Positions 62,074 through 64,000 of a stretch of DNA of 64,000 bases are shown here, in pieces (the first letter of the stretch is position 1; every line of letters starts with the position of its first letter). Under the pieces are notes generated by a model. That model worked only from the letters and a program-made list of their open reading frames with translations, was not told the origin of the DNA and did no database searches. Source of the stretch: Lingula anatina (lineage: Eukaryota; Animalia; Brachiopoda); NCBI GenBank assembly GCA_051362555.1, contig CM120640.1:12772001-12836000 (forward strand). Reading direction: 5' to 3'. The translations under genes and the position numbers were made by a program.

Positions 62074-63848
62074 GCAGTTACTTGCCATGTCTTCTCTCTT
62101 ACATTTAAACCATACATTTTTTTTTCAGTTATCCTATTGACATATCACTAAGTGAATGTTTTCTGTCAATAACCTCTCAACAACTTTCTCAAACAGACAG
62201 TTTTCAGGACTTGAAAAAAACATTTTCAACAAAGATATCTAGGGCTTTTACTCTAAGGACATGTATAAATTTGGTTTTTATCAAAATACACTTAGAAAGA
62301 TTTAAACTATTGTGTTTGGATGTCAAGAACTATGATATCATGGAACAAATATTTTAAGAAAAGATTTGAGGTGTATTATTATGTGTTGGGAGTTAGGTGG
62401 CTATATCAAGACTAATCCGTTTTGCTACCTTTTGTATTGCTACACATGCCAGTATAACAACAAGGCTTGATTTATGTCCATATATTTGTCCGTATGTCCT
62501 TAGACGATGTAGCCACTCCAGTCTAACAAAAGGGACAGTGGTACAGGTGGACTATTATTCATGTTTAATTACTATTTCCACCTTTCATTAATTTGATTGC
62601 TGTAACTAATAGGTAGGCTCTGGGCTTAAGGAGGTGATATATGCACCAATTTACTTTTGACTGTCTTTTTACCACCTGCTTTTTGAATGGGTTTTAAAGA
62701 AATTCTTTATATTTATGCACACCTGTTATAATTGTGAATTAAGAAATATCGTGCATATGTTTATTAACCACTGTCATTATTCAATCAAAACAAGTTGTGA
62801 GTGTAGAATATTTTATTTTCATCATTGATGGACGCATTTTTTCTGTAATTTTTTAATAAGAAAGACCCAAATAATTCCCAAACAAAATTGTTAGAAATTA
62901 TTTAGAAAATGAACAAAGACATATTCAGTTCATGACCATTCCTGTGCTAGTCGGCTCATTTCAACCATTGGTCCTATTCACCATAGCCGTGATCTCTCTA
63001 TTAAAGGGTTTCCTTCAAATGATTGCTGATAGTCCTATGGGACAGAAGGACATCTCTGTGGAGCAATCCTTTATCAACTTTCCAGTTGGCAAGCCTTTGT
63101 TTAGGTTAAGCATATTGGCTTTTAGCGCATTCTGCTCATTTTCTACTGAAAACCATGGTTGACTTAATATGCTTTTCTGTTTAAGTAATTTTTGTTTGTT
63201 TGGCATTGTAAGTACATCTAGAAACTAGGACAAATTGGTTTGAAATAAATAGAATACCATGTCGCGACTATGTTTGCAATTGTGTGTGTATATCCCATTG
63301 GTATCAAATCTACATTCAGATTAGTTTTGGAAGGGAATTTAAATGCCCATCTCAAACATATCAATTTGGAAATTAATTTACAATAAATATGTCTGTGTTT
63401 GTGAATATTATGCCAAGATAAATCCACAGTTAAGGCTACGTTAGAGAGCTGATGGGAAAATAACTCTCTAGGCTTATCAAGTTGTTCATATCATAAATGT
63501 CAATTCTGGTGGTCTGATGCTGAAAATAGAGCTATAAGTCAATTGTAGCACATGTATACACAATTTTGTGACAGTTTACTTTGAGAGATTGAGATATTAT
63601 ATGGAACATTGAATGGGAAATGTAATTTTCATCTGCGAATGAAAAAATAACTAAAAGCTAGCTGTCCCTCCTATCTGAGTGTGATTTTTCTTTCAAAAAA
63701 TTGTTTTATAAATACATTTTTGTTTTTTTCTGTCTGTCCATCTCACAAAATGTATGACCTGCAGAATTTTTTAAGCTTATCTGAAAATTGAGGATTTCTG
63801 GTATAAAAAGGAAGAAAAATGCATTGATATTTTTATTCATCATTTCAG

Positions 63849-63932
63849 GCTCACGTCGTTGCTGCATTTGAACAGAGTTTGTCTAACATGACTTCCCGCC
63901 TTCAAAACCTGACATGCACAGCAGAGGCAAAG
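63849..63932 (+). CDS. NAV2: Neuron navigator exon G (84 bp), coiled coil AHVVAAFEQSLSNMTSRLQNLTCTAEAK
   Basis: Acceptor ttcatcatttcag, donor AAG|gtgagt at 63933. Near-identical to the NAV signature AHLVAAFEQSL.NMT.RLQ.L..TAEQK. Confidence 0.96.
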
Positions 63933-64000
63933 GTGAGTTATGGGTGACACTAGGTCTTAAGTTGGTTGGGGATGTATTAAATGGGAATTTGAAATACCTG

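Noticed and set aside
396-63848. Three large introns of similar size (19930, 18112 and 18042 bp)
   Set aside because: Only three values and no shared sequence seen between them; most likely coincidence.
1-64000. tRNA, rRNA, transposase, integrase or prokaryotic defence genes
   Set aside because: None was recognisable by eye. The remaining 60-130 aa ORFs have the composition of translated AT-rich intron. Small ncRNAs cannot be excluded without an Infernal/Rfam scan.

Overview
This is AT-rich, CpG-depleted animal genomic DNA, probably from an invertebrate bilaterian (a lophotrochozoan is my guess), not prokaryotic sequence, so most of the ORF track is noise. The whole window lies inside one + strand gene, a Neuron navigator / unc-53 / sickie (NAV) homologue. 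Seven GT-AG exons can be reconstructed by hand: 256-395, 20326-22816, 40929-42517, 45271-45323, 45491-45514, 45732-45806 and 63849-63932. They total 4456 nt (1 nt plus 1485 codons) and every splice phase matches. They cover the region after the CH domain, the long Ser/Gly-rich disordered region with conserved NAV blocks, and the start of a coiled coil. The CH-domain exons lie upstream of the window and the AAA+ domain exons downstream. The three 18-20 kb introns hold four recognisable non-autonomous DNA transposons (hAT-like, Harbinger-like, piggyBac-like, and a fold-back MITE) plus microsatellites. The most interesting unexplained signals are: (1) candidate alternative first exons that splice in frame, notably a 49-codon exon at 29563-29711 and an MGQG exon at 6931-6940 that creates an MGxxxS myristoylation motif; (2) a perfect RFX X-box; (3) a recursive-splice-like site; (4) clustered TQT and SxIP linear motifs; (5) an excess of CAGGTG/CACCTG. 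I found no evidence of a wholly new biological system; these are hypotheses that need transcript data.
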